DNA of 62,987 bases, filler included, from Saprolegnia diclina VS20 (GCF_000281045.1; 5 parts of 2 records of this genome joined end to end with filler, not necessarily neighbours in it), one strand, 5' to 3'. Positions 35,383 to 47,441 are shown, counted from the whole stretch's first letter. Notes: generated from the letters alone by a model not told the origin. Made by a program: numbers and translations.

Positions 35383-35829
35383 ATGACGTTCGAGGTCGGG
35401 GTCAAGGTCGAGCGGGACATTGACGGTCTCTGGTTCCCCGGCGTCGTCGTCGCTGTGAGCGATGATGACGAGACGTGCGACGTACAATATGACGAAGACA
35501 GCAAGATCGAGGAGGCCGTGCCACTCTGCGAACTTCGGTACGCGATGCCCGCCTTGTGTTGCATGGCATCACGCCAACGTAGCCGCTTCGACGCCGACCG
35601 GCTGGGCAATCAAGCGCCGCCGCGGTCATATACGAGTCATGGCCACCGAGATGAGTCGTCTTCGCTCTTGCTCCAGCCCGACTATGACCCGAACAAAGCA
35701 CCGACCATCGTACTGCACAACAAGGGCGAGGCCAACGGCGGGAACGGGTACATCATCAACGGCCTCGAGACCAACGTCGCCGCCGGCAATGGCCTTCGAG
35801 GCATTCGCTGGTTAAGGGTCAATACATAA
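35383..35829 (+). CDS. Small Tudor-like domain protein (probable in-frame 45-nt intron ~35538-35582)
   Basis: FEVGVKVE..DGLWFPGVVVAV....TCDVQYDED...EEAVP..ELR has a Tudor/SH3-like signature. Start could be 35368. Confidence 0.65.
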   Translation: MTFEVGVKVERDIDGLWFPGVVVAVSDDDETCDVQYDEDSKIEEAVPLCELRYAMPALCCMASRQRSRFDADRLGNQAPPRSYTSHGHRDESSSLLLQPDYDPNKAPTIVLHNKGEANGGNGYIINGLETNVAAGNGLRGIRWLRVNT

Positions 35830-35834
35830 GGTGT

Positions 35835-36356
35835 TTAGTTACGACAGCTACGGTTGAGCGATGCAGCGACCGCATCGAACGCTGCATCCATGCGTGCTTC
35901 TCGGGACGCGACGTCATCCAGCATCCCCTGAAGCCGGCACATCTGCGCTTCGACGTGAGCGCGAAAGGCTTGGATGGCGATCTTGCGCTGCGTGCGCTCG
36001 AGTTCCAGCTGGAGCAGCTCGGTCGTTCGTTGTGGCGGACCAGCGTCGACCGACAGGCGGCGGTCCACTACGCTCGATAGCGGCGCATCCACGACGTCCA
36101 GTTTTGGCTTCGTTGGCGACGACGATGCGTGGCCGGCGACGTCGCGAGCCCATACGTTCTCGAACGCCCGCTCGATGAGACGCCGGGCGCCGTCATCATC
36201 CACGGCGTCGTGCACGGGCGCAGAGGCAGCTGGCGGGTCGCGACGCGGACTCGTTGGTGCTGGCCGCGCCGTTGTCGTCAGCTTTGTCGACGCGTTCCAC
36301 TGGACCTTGCGCGACCGTGCATCGGTCTCTTCGCGCAGCCGGAGTGGATCCTTCAT
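35835..36356 (-). CDS. Hypothetical protein with C-terminal coiled coil
   Basis: ATG-initiated 173-aa ORF with GC-rich codon usage, converging on the Tudor gene. No recognisable family. Confidence 0.5.
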   Translation of the reverse strand: MKDPLRLREETDARSRKVQWNASTKLTTTARPAPTSPRRDPPAASAPVHDAVDDDGARRLIERAFENVWARDVAGHASSSPTKPKLDVVDAPLSSVVDRRLSVDAGPPQRTTELLQLELERTQRKIAIQAFRAHVEAQMCRLQGMLDDVASREARMDAAFDAVAASLNRSCRN

Positions 36357-38314
36357 GGAACGTCGTGGCAAAACAGTGTTTTCGCCACGAAAAAATACAG
36401 TGTGTTTTCCAGCATTTGAAGGATGTTTCAACCCAGCATGAGAGGAAGCTGTAAAAATTAAGACTAAGCAACTAAACGTACCTTGGGCCGAGGGTCTCGA
36501 GGTATGCACGCGGAGCGTACGTACCAACCAGTAGCTCGTAGTGACTAATTGCATCCTTCCGAGCATCCTCGACGTTTGGGTGGCCATGCAGAAGAACACG
36601 ATGTCGCCTGCTGCTGAGGCCGCTTACGCGTTCTGACAGTGTGTAGCACGGGTGCTGACGGGCCTCTGACACAGTGCTTGCGATGCCACATCTTCGTGGT
36701 AAGGAAAAGAGGTGTGTACTACTTTGCTCTGATCATGCAAGGATGATCTTTTAATATTCCGTGCACCTGCGTGATGATTTGTGGCGCCAGGGTAGAAGCT
36801 GTGTTCCAACCATTTCACGCCCATAGTGGCTAGTAGTTGCAAGCTGGTCGACTGGATCGCACGTGCATTCGGCGAAAAGCCACCAGTCAGTCATTCCGAC
36901 AAGGCTTACGCTACCGATGGCAATGTACGTGCCAAATTCGCTGGCGTTCGCTTGCGGTCTTGAGAGGAGCTGTGGCGACAACAGATGTTGTCGCTGCGAC
37001 CCATCGACACGTCCACACAGTTTGTCCACACAGACGATGGGCCGAATCCAAGGACCTTGCTAAGCAGTGCACGTTGCAGCGAGTCGCCACTTTGCGACCA
37101 CTCGTACAGGCACCACTTGGATGAGTGCAGGTCGTGGTTCGAAGCCGGGGATGGGTCAGAGGTTCGTAGCAGCACCGTTTACATCGTCCACGGACCGCGC
37201 TTTGCAAGCTCTGGAAGGCGAAGACCATTCTAAAAGGCCCTTTTATCAGGCTGCTTTTGGGTAAATGCTCAAACTACTATCCATGCACGGTAGTAGCGTC
37301 GAAGAGACACCGAGTGCATATTTCAAATGCCTGTCCCTTCCTACAGTCCCGTCAAATGGGTTGGTGCAGCATCACGAGACCGAGGCGCTTGGATCGTTCA
37401 AGAACCACCAAGTGACGTGTGCTCGCTCCACCTGGCACGTTGGAATCCAATGACTCAGCCCTGCTGTCGTCCCGGCTGCTTGCTTGTCGGGCGCAGCTGA
37501 CGACGACAAGGACGAACTCGACACCAGTCGAGTGTGGCGTAATGGCGGGCGCAAAGGTGGACGAACGGTGCAAATCGAACCACATGTCGGGACCAGACGA
37601 TGCAATTCTAGCGTTTTCCATCATCAGCGGACGGCAACGTTGCCCATGACGACGGGTCGTGGCTGTTGACGCTGCATGCGATAAAGAGGCCCAACCATCA
37701 TCACAGCGTGACGTGAGTGCGCTTGATCGACGGTACACGACGCCGTCGGTGGTGGAGGCTAAGTAGGGACCCGACGCAATAAGATTTCCATCTTGTATGC
37801 AGTGTACATGCAGCGTGTGCACGATGTGCTTCAATGGTTGTCGTCTGGTCACCGACAGGCGCTCAAAAAAAGAACGCCATCAACTTGTATCGACATCCCA
37901 ATCTGCTTCGTCTCAATCTTCGATGCACCGGTGTACGCTCGTCAAAACACACGTGTGAAAAACGCTTTGCACGGTGTTACACCGTGTCCACGCACGGTGT
38001 CGATTCGTTTGGGGTCGTCTCGACGCCATAGTCGCGATCAACACCCGAGACCAGCACCTCCGATACGAGCGCACTTAATGTCGGAGGCATGCAAACGTCC
38101 AACGCCGACGTGTGTCGCAGCGTGCAGCCCACTTTTTTATTTTCCACGTATTTCACACACACACTCGTGTGTAGACAGGCCACCCACGTGATTGCCAACT
38201 GGGTGGAATATCGACCGTGTGTGCTGCAGACGAAGGCCGTCTCGGACACATCTTTTGACCCAGCACGGTCCAACGTTTAGTAGTCTGAACCGCCAGAGAG
38301 GATAACGCAAGCCA

Positions 38315-38330
38315 TCATTTTTCAATTTGC
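38315..38330 (+). promoter_or_regulatory. INR-FPR core promoter motif
   Basis: TCATTTTTCAATTTGC, 36 nt upstream of the ATG at 38367. Confidence 0.6.
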
Positions 38331-38366
38331 CCGCAACGACCAAGCCCAAGAACGACGGCAAAACGC

Positions 38367-38960
38367 ATGCTGGACCTTCACACCGCAACGCTCCTCAAGC
38401 GTGGCGCTACCGTGGCGTGCATCTTCAACGAGTGCACCAAAGAGGCCGTGTACGGCTCGACCAAATGCTCCTTTCACAAGCGCCGAAAGCGGTGCAGCGT
38501 GCTCAACTGCAGCAACCAAGCGTACGCGCGGGACCTCTGCGTCCGGCACGGCGGGAAGCGCAAGTGCGCCCACCCGATGTGCTCGACAGCGGCTCACGGC
38601 GGACCGTACTGCGTCACCCACGGCGGCGCCAGCGGCAAGCGGCTCTGCTCGATCGAAGGCTGTCCCAAGCAAGCCCACGCCCACCGCCGATGCGTGCGCC
38701 ACGGTGGCGGTCGCCTCTGCACCGTGGACGGGTGTGCCCACTACGCGCGCGGACGGGGCGTGTGCCGAAGCCACGGGGCCAAGCCGTCGTCGTCGTGTTC
38801 GTCGCCCATCTCGGTGTCGAGCGGCGACGACTCGGACACTGTGAGCGTCAAGGCGGAGCTTCTGCTTGACTTGGACGTGAGCGCGACGGCAGACTTTTTA
38901 CACTCGGTGGTCGACGACTCGTTTTTGAGGGACCTCCACACGATCGCCGAAATGTGCTGA
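38367..38960 (+). CDS. WRKY19-like zinc-finger repeat protein (oomycete-expanded)
   Basis: Five C-x4-C-x(8-9)-C-x2-H(GG) repeats, e.g. CSIEGCPKQAHAHRRCVRHGGG, followed by an acidic tail. Confidence 0.85.
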   Translation: MLDLHTATLLKRGATVACIFNECTKEAVYGSTKCSFHKRRKRCSVLNCSNQAYARDLCVRHGGKRKCAHPMCSTAAHGGPYCVTHGGASGKRLCSIEGCPKQAHAHRRCVRHGGGRLCTVDGCAHYARGRGVCRSHGAKPSSSCSSPISVSSGDDSDTVSVKAELLLDLDVSATADFLHSVVDDSFLRDLHTIAEMC

Positions 38961-39743
38961 CGTAATGCTCGCTGTAACTTCAATCTATCTATCACAAACG
39001 TGGTTTGTCGTCGTCATCAAGAAACCTGCACGCGGATGGCGCCTTGTCCAGCGCGTTGCACCGCGTTGAGCTCTCTTGCCCTTTCTAGCACTGTCGCTAC
39101 GCGCACCTAAGATGATCATCCAGGTACCAAATCAGATGTTGCTCGGCGTCTCTTGGCCACTGCATTGGTATGGTGTGAAGAACAGGTATGAACGCGATGG
39201 CGACCGCTGGTGGAGAAGTGACATGGGTGTCGGCTGCACGCTCAGTTGCTCGCTCTTGTTCGCAGAGGCTCCAAGAGCAGGATCGGGATTCGCACCCGAC
39301 TGGACAGCACGTGCACCGATCACGCCACTCGGCGCTCGTACAGTGTATCTGCGTCTGCGCTTGACAAGAAAACGCGCCGCCGAAAAAACGACGCGAAACA
39401 AGCTCTCGGATGACAGGGTACACGACGAGAGGGAGTCGTGAGGACACCGAAAAGGATGTCTCCTTTGCCGCCCAAGGCAGTAAACCTTTGCTCGCCTTCG
39501 GAGGCGAAACGGGCAACACTTGAAGAAAGGCGACGTGCATGCCGATCGCAATACATTTGAACGAGGTAAAACCACTATTTGAGACTAAACTGAGGCAGAC
39601 GAAAACCCCCCGTGCCGTCTTTTCATAGCCCACCGAGTTGGTTGGCGCTATTCTCGTCGTCGCAGCAGTTGATTGATGTGGGAGTTTCGGCCTTTCTGCA
39701 GCGTCCAAGCTAGAACTCATATCCGAATTTGCCTCGCGCAAAT

Positions 39744-40289
39744 ATGAAAGTCTTCCCGTACGGTCGCCAACTCTCGCTCACGTTGCCGTTGCTGCTCCTC
39801 AAGGCGCAGCGCGGCCGCGCGCAGGCGTTGGGCAGCATCATCGGCGGCTCGGCCAGCGAAGGCGACTCGCTCTCGTTCGTGTGCCCGACCGGCGAAGTCG
39901 TTGGCAAAGTTCTGTTTGCGTCCTACGGCACGCCGACGGGGGGCCTCCCCAACTACGCGGTCGGCTGGTGCGACGCAGCGACGTCCGTGGCCGTCGTCCA
40001 GTCGGCGTGTATCGGCAACAAGGCGTGCGACGTCGCCGTCGACAGCGCGTATGTTTTTACGATGCAGTGTTCGTTTGCTGAGGTGACGCGTGATTAGGGT
40101 CTTTGGCGATCCGTGCTTTGGGACGTACAAGCAGTTAGACGTCGCCTTGCAGTGCGTTGATGAGAACGTCATTGGCGGCAGCGCGTCCGAAGGCTCGTTG
40201 CTGCGTCTGCGCTGCCCAGCGGACCACGTCATGGGTGACGTGACCTTTGCGTCATTTGGTACCCCCACGGGCGAGTTCCTCGACTACCG
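39744..40289 (+). CDS. Multi-domain SUEL/rhamnose-galactose-binding lectin, 5' part (truncated at gap)
   Basis: Signal peptide MKVFPYGRQLSLTLPLLLL followed by FASYGTP...C..C..|VFGDPC domains. INR-FPR TCATATCCGAATTTGC at 39717-39732. Confidence 0.85.
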
Positions 40290-40389
40290 NNNNNNNNNNN
40301 NNNNNNNNNNNNNNNNNNNNNNNNNNNNNNNNNTTAATTAATTAANNNNNNNNNNNNNNNNNNNNNNNNNNNNNNNNNNNNNNNNNNNN
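40290..40389. other. Assembly spacer (N44-TTAATTAATTAA-N44)
   Basis: Six-frame stop linker in an N-run. Confidence 0.97.
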
Positions 40390-40420
40390 TGAATTACGCA
40401 ACGTCGTGAACGGCGTTTGC

Positions 40421-43086
40421 TTAACTGGGCGTCGGCGTGCGCAACGCGGTCGGCGCCGGCGTCGGCGTCGCACACGTGGCTTGCACGGCCAAGTACATTT
40501 GCGAGCGGCGGCAATTGTTGACAAAGACACTGTTGCTCGCACTGATGGAGCAGCCCGTCTTGCCAAGACACGCCTGCTGCACGATCCGGACCGAATTGGG
40601 GTCGTTGCATGCGCTCAACGCGAACGCACCGAGCTTCCCGGTCGGCGTGCCGTACGATGCAAAGTCGATCGAGCGCACGGTCGCGCCCTTGGGGCACGCG
40701 AGGTTCATCACCGTATTTTGCGCCGCGGTGCCGCCGATCACAAGGTTCGAGATGCAGTCGGCCGACAAGGCAAGGCTCTTGGCGACGCCCGGACACGGGT
40801 CCGAGAACGACCCGGGGCCAGCGAGGAGCGTGCACGTGCTCTTGCCGACGCACGCCGACGTCGCAATCGACGTGCTACTCGGAGCGTGGCACGTCGAGTC
40901 AATGCTGTAATCGGGAAAGTAGCCACCGGGTGTCCCGTACGACGCAAAGTTGATGGTCGACATGTAGTACCCGAGCGGGCACTGCAGCGTCGCGCTGCTG
41001 CCGTCATTGACAATCGTGCCAATCACATTGCTGGGCGCGCATTTCGCGGTCCAATCAAGGACCTTGGCTTGGCCCTCGCACGGATCCCCAAATGTGCTAC
41101 ACCATATAGGCCATGAGCGCGATGGTTGGGTGCAGTCAAGGATGGACGCACTGCGTGGAGACGGCCACGGTGCAGCTGTTTTGGCCAACGCACTGGGTCG
41201 CAATCTTGGCGGCCGCACCGTCTGCGTTGCACGCTGCGTGCACCGAGTAGTCGGGAAACGTCCCGTACGGTGTCCCATACGCTGCAAACGGCATCGAGCC
41301 AATGTACTGGCCTGCCGGGCACTGGATGACCGCCGAGCCGCCGTCCGCCACCGAGCCGCCGATGAGGTTGTTGTCGACGCACTTGGCGACGACCGAGAGC
41401 TGCTTGGTGACGCCTGGGCATGGATCACCAAAGTCGCTACGCATGCGTTAGCTTTCTCAAGCGTAGCGGAAGAGGAAGCATACTTGCTGTCGGCATTGAC
41501 CGAGCAGGCGTTGCGACCGACACAAGCCGTCGTAACGCGGCTCGCCGCCTCAGTGGCATTGCACCACGTGGTCACAAAGTTTGGGTAGGCACCAGTCGGC
41601 GTCCCGTACGATGCGTATGGGATCGACACGAGCCGTTGCGTGAGCGGACACGCGATCGTGAGCGTCGAGCCGTCCGGCACCGAGCCGCCGACCAAGTTGG
41701 CACTCGAACACTGCGCCGTAATGAACAAGCTCTTGGTGGTGCCAGGGCACGGATCGCCAAAGAGACTATATCGATAGGATTAGCGCGATACGTAGGATAG
41801 ATGCAAAACGTACCCGTTGGTCGCGTCGACCGTGCACGACCGCTTGCCAATGCACTTGGCCTTGACCACCGACGCGCTCGACGCCGCGTGGCACTTGCTC
41901 GGTGCCGCCAAGCCCGACGGCGTGCCGTACGAGGCAAATGGAATATCAGATATGATTTCACCTCGGGAGCAAGTGACGACCGTCGACCCGCCCTGCGGAC
42001 CCATGCTCTGGACAAAGCCGGGCGTCAAGTTGGGTGTGCACATGGCGCGCGCACTCAGCGTCTTGATGGTGCCGGGGCACGGGTCGCCAAACACACTAGA
42101 CATACCTAAGTACACCACGTGGTAGCTACCTCTCACCTTGGGCCGACAGCGACGTTGCAGACCGGTCGACCGACGCACGCGGCCGCGACAACGCCCGATG
42201 ACGTGGCCGCGCTGCACGTGCCTTCGACGTAGTTTTTCGGCGTGCCGTACGAAGCAAAGTCGACTGACGCCATGCTGGCGCCCCACGGACACGCAAGGTT
42301 CAGCGACGACCCGTCTTGCGCCGTGCCTTGGGCCGCGTCCGGGTCGACGCAGTTGACTTGCAGGCCGAGGTACTTGGCCTCGCCAGGGCACGGGTCGCCA
42401 AAGACACTACACAGCCAGATACGGTTCGACGTCGTCAGCTTTATATTGTCGTACGTGGTGGACGCCATGATATCACACGCCTCTTGGCCGGCGCAGAGAT
42501 CAGAAACCGTGGCCGCTGACGTCGGCTGGTCACACGAGCCCACCGTGTAGTTGAGGAAGTGGCCTTGCGGCGTTCCGAACGAAGCAAAGGTCACGTCGCC
42601 AATGACGCGGTCGACCGGGCAGCGGAGGCGCAAGAGCGAATCTTCGGCAGCGCTGCCGCCAATGACGTTTTCGTTCACACATTGCACCGCGACGCTCAGA
42701 TGCTTGGCTTGGTCCACGCACGGGTCGCCAAATACACTAAGTTATGTCAGAAAGCCGTGTCTAGCACAACGACAAAAGTACCTCGCGTCGGCCGTGAGCT
42801 CGCAGGACTGCGCCCCGATGCACTGCGCCTCGACGACCGCATTCGACAAGTCGGCGTTGCACGCGCCGCGCGCAAACTTGGGAAAGTTGCCGGTTGGGAG
42901 ACCGTACGACGCAAACAGGACGTTGCCAAGAATTTCACCGTCGGGGCACTCGAGCGCGACGACGCCGCCGTCGGGCGCCGTGCCCCCGACGACACCACCC
43001 GCCTCCTGCGCCTCGGTGCGCTGCGCTTTCAGTAGCAAGAGCGGCAATACGAGTGAGAGCGTCGGGCCGTACGGAAATACTTTCAT
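40421..43086 (-). CDS. Secreted lectin with 8 tandem SUEL (Gal_Lectin) domains, 6 introns
   Basis: Signal peptide, then eight repeats of C-P..I..FAS(Y/F)GTP..C..C.G..C..(F)GDPC..K.L...C, ending in a PT-rich tail. INR-FPR TCATATCCCAATTTGC at 43098-43113 (-). Confidence 0.9.
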
Positions 43087-43445
43087 AGTTGCTCGAGGCA
43101 AATTGGGATATGAGGGTCGCCTGTCTCGGCGCTGCAAGCCGAAACTCCCGCATCATTTCAAACTCAAATTTAGGCGGCAAGGACGCCGAGAATATATGTC
43201 GTTTCGCTTTGCGAGCAACCACCGATGCAAAGCAACGACGACTCGCCACGTGTGGCGCCAAAACCACTCGCAACTGCCACCGACGCCGCCTGTCCCAGCG
43301 CTCGCAACCGTTTGTTAACGCTTGAAAACGTTTTTTAACGCTCGCAAACGCTTGCTATTTTCGAATATGCAATGTCACAGGTTTTCGATCCGCGTATGCA
43401 TTATGAAAGGCTGCCACGTGCAATCCAAAAGCAGGCAAGGCGACG

Positions 43446-45119
43446 ATGGCCGGAACCCGGCTCGCCCTGCTCGTGAGCATGCTCATCCCGCTCGTCGTCT
43501 TCATCGCGCCCATCGCGTACCACTTGACGCGCGTCCCGCGTGCGGCGCTGCCGCTCGAGGCCATCGCTGCGCTCGACGTCGCCTCGCTTGAAGCCGCGCT
43601 ACAGACCAAGCTGCGGAACGCCGAGCGCATCACGCTCTGGGCGGGCCGGGCGTTCGCTACGGCGCCCAACGCCCAGCTGCGTGTCGACGCACTGCCAGCG
43701 CTCGATAGCCATGATGTGGATCGCCAACTCTTGTCTGCGGTGCAAGCCGCCAACCTCGCCGGCGAGATGGTGGTCTTCGTGCTCTGTCGCAGCAAAGACA
43801 ATAGCGCGCCCATCACGATGGGCAGCTATCGCCACGGCTGGACCGACGCGTGCGAGCTCTCGTTGTCTGCGCAAAGCGAGCTTTTGCAGCGCGTGTTTCG
43901 GGGCCATCGCGACCCGTCGATCCGCGTCGCGTTGAAGTATCGTTGGAGCCTCTCGCTCTTGAGCGAAGTGCCCAGCTGGGAGAGCGCGTCGTGGGCCGCC
44001 CACGTCAGCGAGGTTGCCATGGCGTACGTCGAGCCGCTCGCCGCAAAACTCTCGGCTCTTGCATCCTTCACACTCGAGTCCCAAGCCCTCCACTACGCGC
44101 GCTTGGCGCCGGTCCTTTCCGCATATATATCGGCGTCATGACCTCATGCACGCATAGGACTATGGCTACGACGAAGCAACGCAGACGCACTTTGTCACGG
44201 CAAGCGACCTTCAGCAAGTACGTACAAAGCCTTTGCGACGACCATGATAACGCCGTTTCTCTAGTTTAAGAGCGCCAACGACTTTGCAACCGTCTCGATC
44301 CTCCACGACCGCGAGCAACTCGTCCACTTTATGGTCTGCGTCCCTTGTATGACAAAGTCGACAATGCGGCGTAGGCGGCCTTGCCGTCGGCCGACCATGC
44401 GTCGCTCGTGATCCGCCCGACTGCCACGACATCGACTTCGAAACGGTCGTTTCTGATCCCTGGCTATGGCGGCGTCACGGTCCTCAACCCGCTCGCAGCG
44501 CCAATCGACGAGGTGCACCGCATGATGCAAGTGGCTGTCGCCCAGCTGCGCGCTGCGCTTGGCTTGCGCTCCGTCGGTGACGCCGGCATGGGTTTGGCCG
44601 ACTGGGAACTCGATCTCCTCGTCCGCGTCTGGCTCACCAAGTACGCGATCTTGATGAAACGAAAGCGCAAGATGCCACAATGGCGTAGGCACTGGCACAC
44701 GAGCTTGTCCGCGATCACGTCGACGGCCAAGCTTGTCGATGCCATGCCGCAAATGACGGTGCTGCCACGCATCCAGCGCCAAGTCGACACGACACTGCGC
44801 ACTATCCACACAATCACCGCGGCGCTCGAAGACCGAGACAGCGTCTGGCGCGCGGCCGACTGTGCAGCGCAGCTTCTCTCGCTGCGTGCGGCAGTCGAGG
44901 CCATTGAAGGCACGTACTACGACTCGACCATGGTACGACAGCCCACGACCACCGACTCGTTGAATCCGGTGCTAGGTCGCGCAACTTTACTTTCCCGAAG
45001 AGCATTTGTACGCGGTCTACTTGCCGCTATTGCTGCCGCTCGTCCTGCCCTTTGGCTTTGGCCTTGTGCGCGAAATCAAGCGCGTCCGTGCCAAGCGTGC
45101 GGCCAAGCCAACGGCGTAG
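43446..45119 (+). CDS. PIGS: GPI transamidase component PIG-S, multi-exon
   Basis: N-terminal TM followed by RAALP. Motifs YRWSLSLL, FTLESQALHY, SFLIPGYGGV, AQLRAALG, WELD.L, YYDSTMV|AQLYFPEEHLYAVYLPLLLP and a C-terminal TM. Confidence 0.88.
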
Positions 45120-45180
45120 TAGGTTACCACCTGCAACACTCTTTGACAAGTCCGTTCTTGACACTTGGTCGCCCTCTTGT

Positions 45181-46146
45181 CTATTGAACGATCCGGTAGT
45201 TGGTTTCGGAGGCGAAAAGCGCCAGTAGCAAGTCATGGGTAAGGGCGTGACCAGGGCAAATGCCAGTGTAGTGCCCGTGCAGCGGCATGCCGGCGAGCGC
45301 CAAGTCGCCAAAGCAGTCGAGCGCCTTGTGCTGGACCCACTCGATAGGGTGTCTACACCAATAAGAACGAGGTTGACGGAGGACGCTTGAGGCAGTAGGT
45401 ACCGTAAGCCGTCCGGGTTAAGCGGCGTGCCCTCGTCAAAGACCACAGCATTGTCCAAGCTGCCGCCGCGCGCCAAGTCCATGGTTTGCAGCTGCGCAAT
45501 GTCTTCACGAAACGTAAAGGTACGCGCGTTGGCGATCACCGCAAAGTCTTCAAGGGGCACACTCAGCCACGTTCGCGGCAGCCCTTTGTGCCGGAAGTCG
45601 ACCTCGACCGAGACGGTGAGCTCGGGCGCGGTCGCGGGCGGGCGCGGCACGAGGTACGCTGCCTTGTCCTTCTGCACGACCGAGACGGGGCGCAGTACCT
45701 CAATGTACGGCTGCAGTGGCGCCTGCGCTTCGGTGCCGACGGCCGCAATTGCCGCGAGGATCGGCTGGCTGCTGCCGTCAAAGACTGGCAGCTCGGGCCC
45801 CGACGTTTCGACAATGCAGTTGTGAATGCGAGACGCGCTCAGCGCCGCCAGCACGTGCTCGACCGTGGCGATCGCGTAGCCAGAGGACGCGTCGTGCAGC
45901 CGCGTGCAAAATCCAAACGTGTCACGCTGGACGTGCTCGTACGTCGCGGCCACGGCCTTGGTCGGCGTGTGAGGGTCTTGGAACCTTATGCCCGTGTGCG
46001 CTGGCGCCGGGTGCAGCACAATCTTCGCCTACGTACGCCGGGCGTCTGAGCTGATCGCTGCGCCAGGCGTCAAGTACCGTCTCGCCCAGATGCAGGCCAA
46101 TGCCCGAGAGGCGCACCGCGCGACGGAGCGTGCGTTGCTGCTGCAT
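45181..46146 (-). CDS. lpxC: UDP-3-O-acyl-N-acetylglucosamine deacetylase (LpxC), 288 aa; introns 46029-46077 and 45353-45402
   Basis: QRTL..V.LSGIGLH.G, LHPAPAHTGIRF, TVEHVLAAL, ELPVFDGSS, ARTF, LARGGSLDNAVV, HKALDCFGDLAL and GHAL. The Zn ligands and catalytic Glu/His are present. Confidence 0.95.
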
Positions 46147-46739
46147 GCTTGAAGTCGACCACGTGCTGCAAACGCGATTTGGATTGGTTGGAATTATTTG
46201 CAATTTCACATCGTTTCAACCAATCAACGTCGCCAACAGGCCGCATCTTGAGCCTGTGGGAAGAACGCTGCTCTTCCTCGCAAGCTTTCAAGGCCATGGA
46301 TTGTTCATATTGGCAAGGGGCAAGGAACCGGAGGATAATGCTATTGGCAAGCGAAAGGCTCCGCAAAATTACACTTATTGTGTGCGATTGTCATAATTTC
46401 AAAATGCAAAACCTAAATTTTGCCGACACCGAGTCGACTCACTGGTCGAATAAATTTGCTGCTCGCAAATACACTAACACCTCGCGATGGTCTCTTCGAT
46501 CAAGGGCGTTCAAGCTCTCCGTGCGTTGCAGTTGTCGAGGATCCAAGATCCCCACAAGGTGGCAAGTCCATCGTTTTGCCACGAATAGAACGCGGTAAAT
46601 GTGGCGCGCGCCATATCTTGACACATCGAACACCAGCCGGCAATCCCGCAGTATACAAACACCAAGTCACTTGACCAAGCTCTTCGAAATAAAATAAAAT
46701 ACAAATCCCAACGTTGGCACAACTGAACCTCTCGCGACC

Positions 46740-47156
46740 ATGGCACGGAACAGCGTCCCGGTGCTCGAGGAGGCGCGGCCGCCCGAGGACGCGGGCAACA
46801 ACCGCGGCAACTTTACGCGCAACCTCGCCAAGGAGGACGACAGCGCCATTGCGCGCAAGATGTTCTTCGGCGGCCTCGCCTTCCTGCCGTGGCTGTGGGC
46901 AGTCAACGCCTTCTTCTACCGCCGCCAGCTGCTCGATGCGACGCTCGACCCGACGACGACGCTCTGTACGCGCGTTGCTCTGCGAATATAGCTCATGCCA
47001 TGAGATGTAGGGGTGCGCCGGTCGGCTGTCGGCTTTGTCGTCGTCACATGCGTCTTTGTGGCGTGGATGGTCACATTCCAACTGACGTGGAAGCAAAACA
47101 ATTGGCAAAACCTCCTCCTTGTTGTGCCCGCCGAAGACTTGGACAAGGGCTGGTAG
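46740..47156 (+). CDS. PSENEN: Gamma-secretase subunit PEN-2, 1 intron
   Basis: ARKMFFGGLAFLPWLWAVN.F and WVRRSAVG...W...FQ. Confidence 0.9.
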
Positions 47157-47399
47157 GCGGCGCTGTATGGCTTGTACGATGACGGAAATCCCATCTCTTT
47201 TGTATTGCATGTTCTCTACTCGACGACGGGCGTGGGCGTCGCGCTGCCAGGGCGAGACCGCGCACACCAAGCAGTCGCATGAGCGCTGATAGTCAATGCA
47301 TAGCTCATGTAGCTGCATCTTGGCCATCCACGGCGATGGCTGCCGGCGAGATGACCGTGACAGGGTCGGACGGCGAAGAAAGGCCATGCAGCAACTAAA

Positions 47400-47441
47400 T
47401 AGTAGTCTTTGATTGTACACTAGTAGTCTTTGATTGTACAC
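47400..47441 (+). repeat. Exact 21-bp tandem duplication
   Basis: tagtagtctttgattgtacac occurs twice, in the 3' region between convergent genes. Confidence 0.85.

Noticed and set aside
36600..38300. Long intergenic region with many short ORFs and CACGTG palindromes
   Set aside because: No coherent coding signal, RNA gene or repeat structure was recognisable, and the motif frequency is compatible with chance.
43446..46146. PIG-S and LpxC adjacency as a glycolipid biosynthesis cluster
   Set aside because: The genes are convergent in a generally compact genome, act in unrelated pathways, and no other lpx or PIG genes are nearby.
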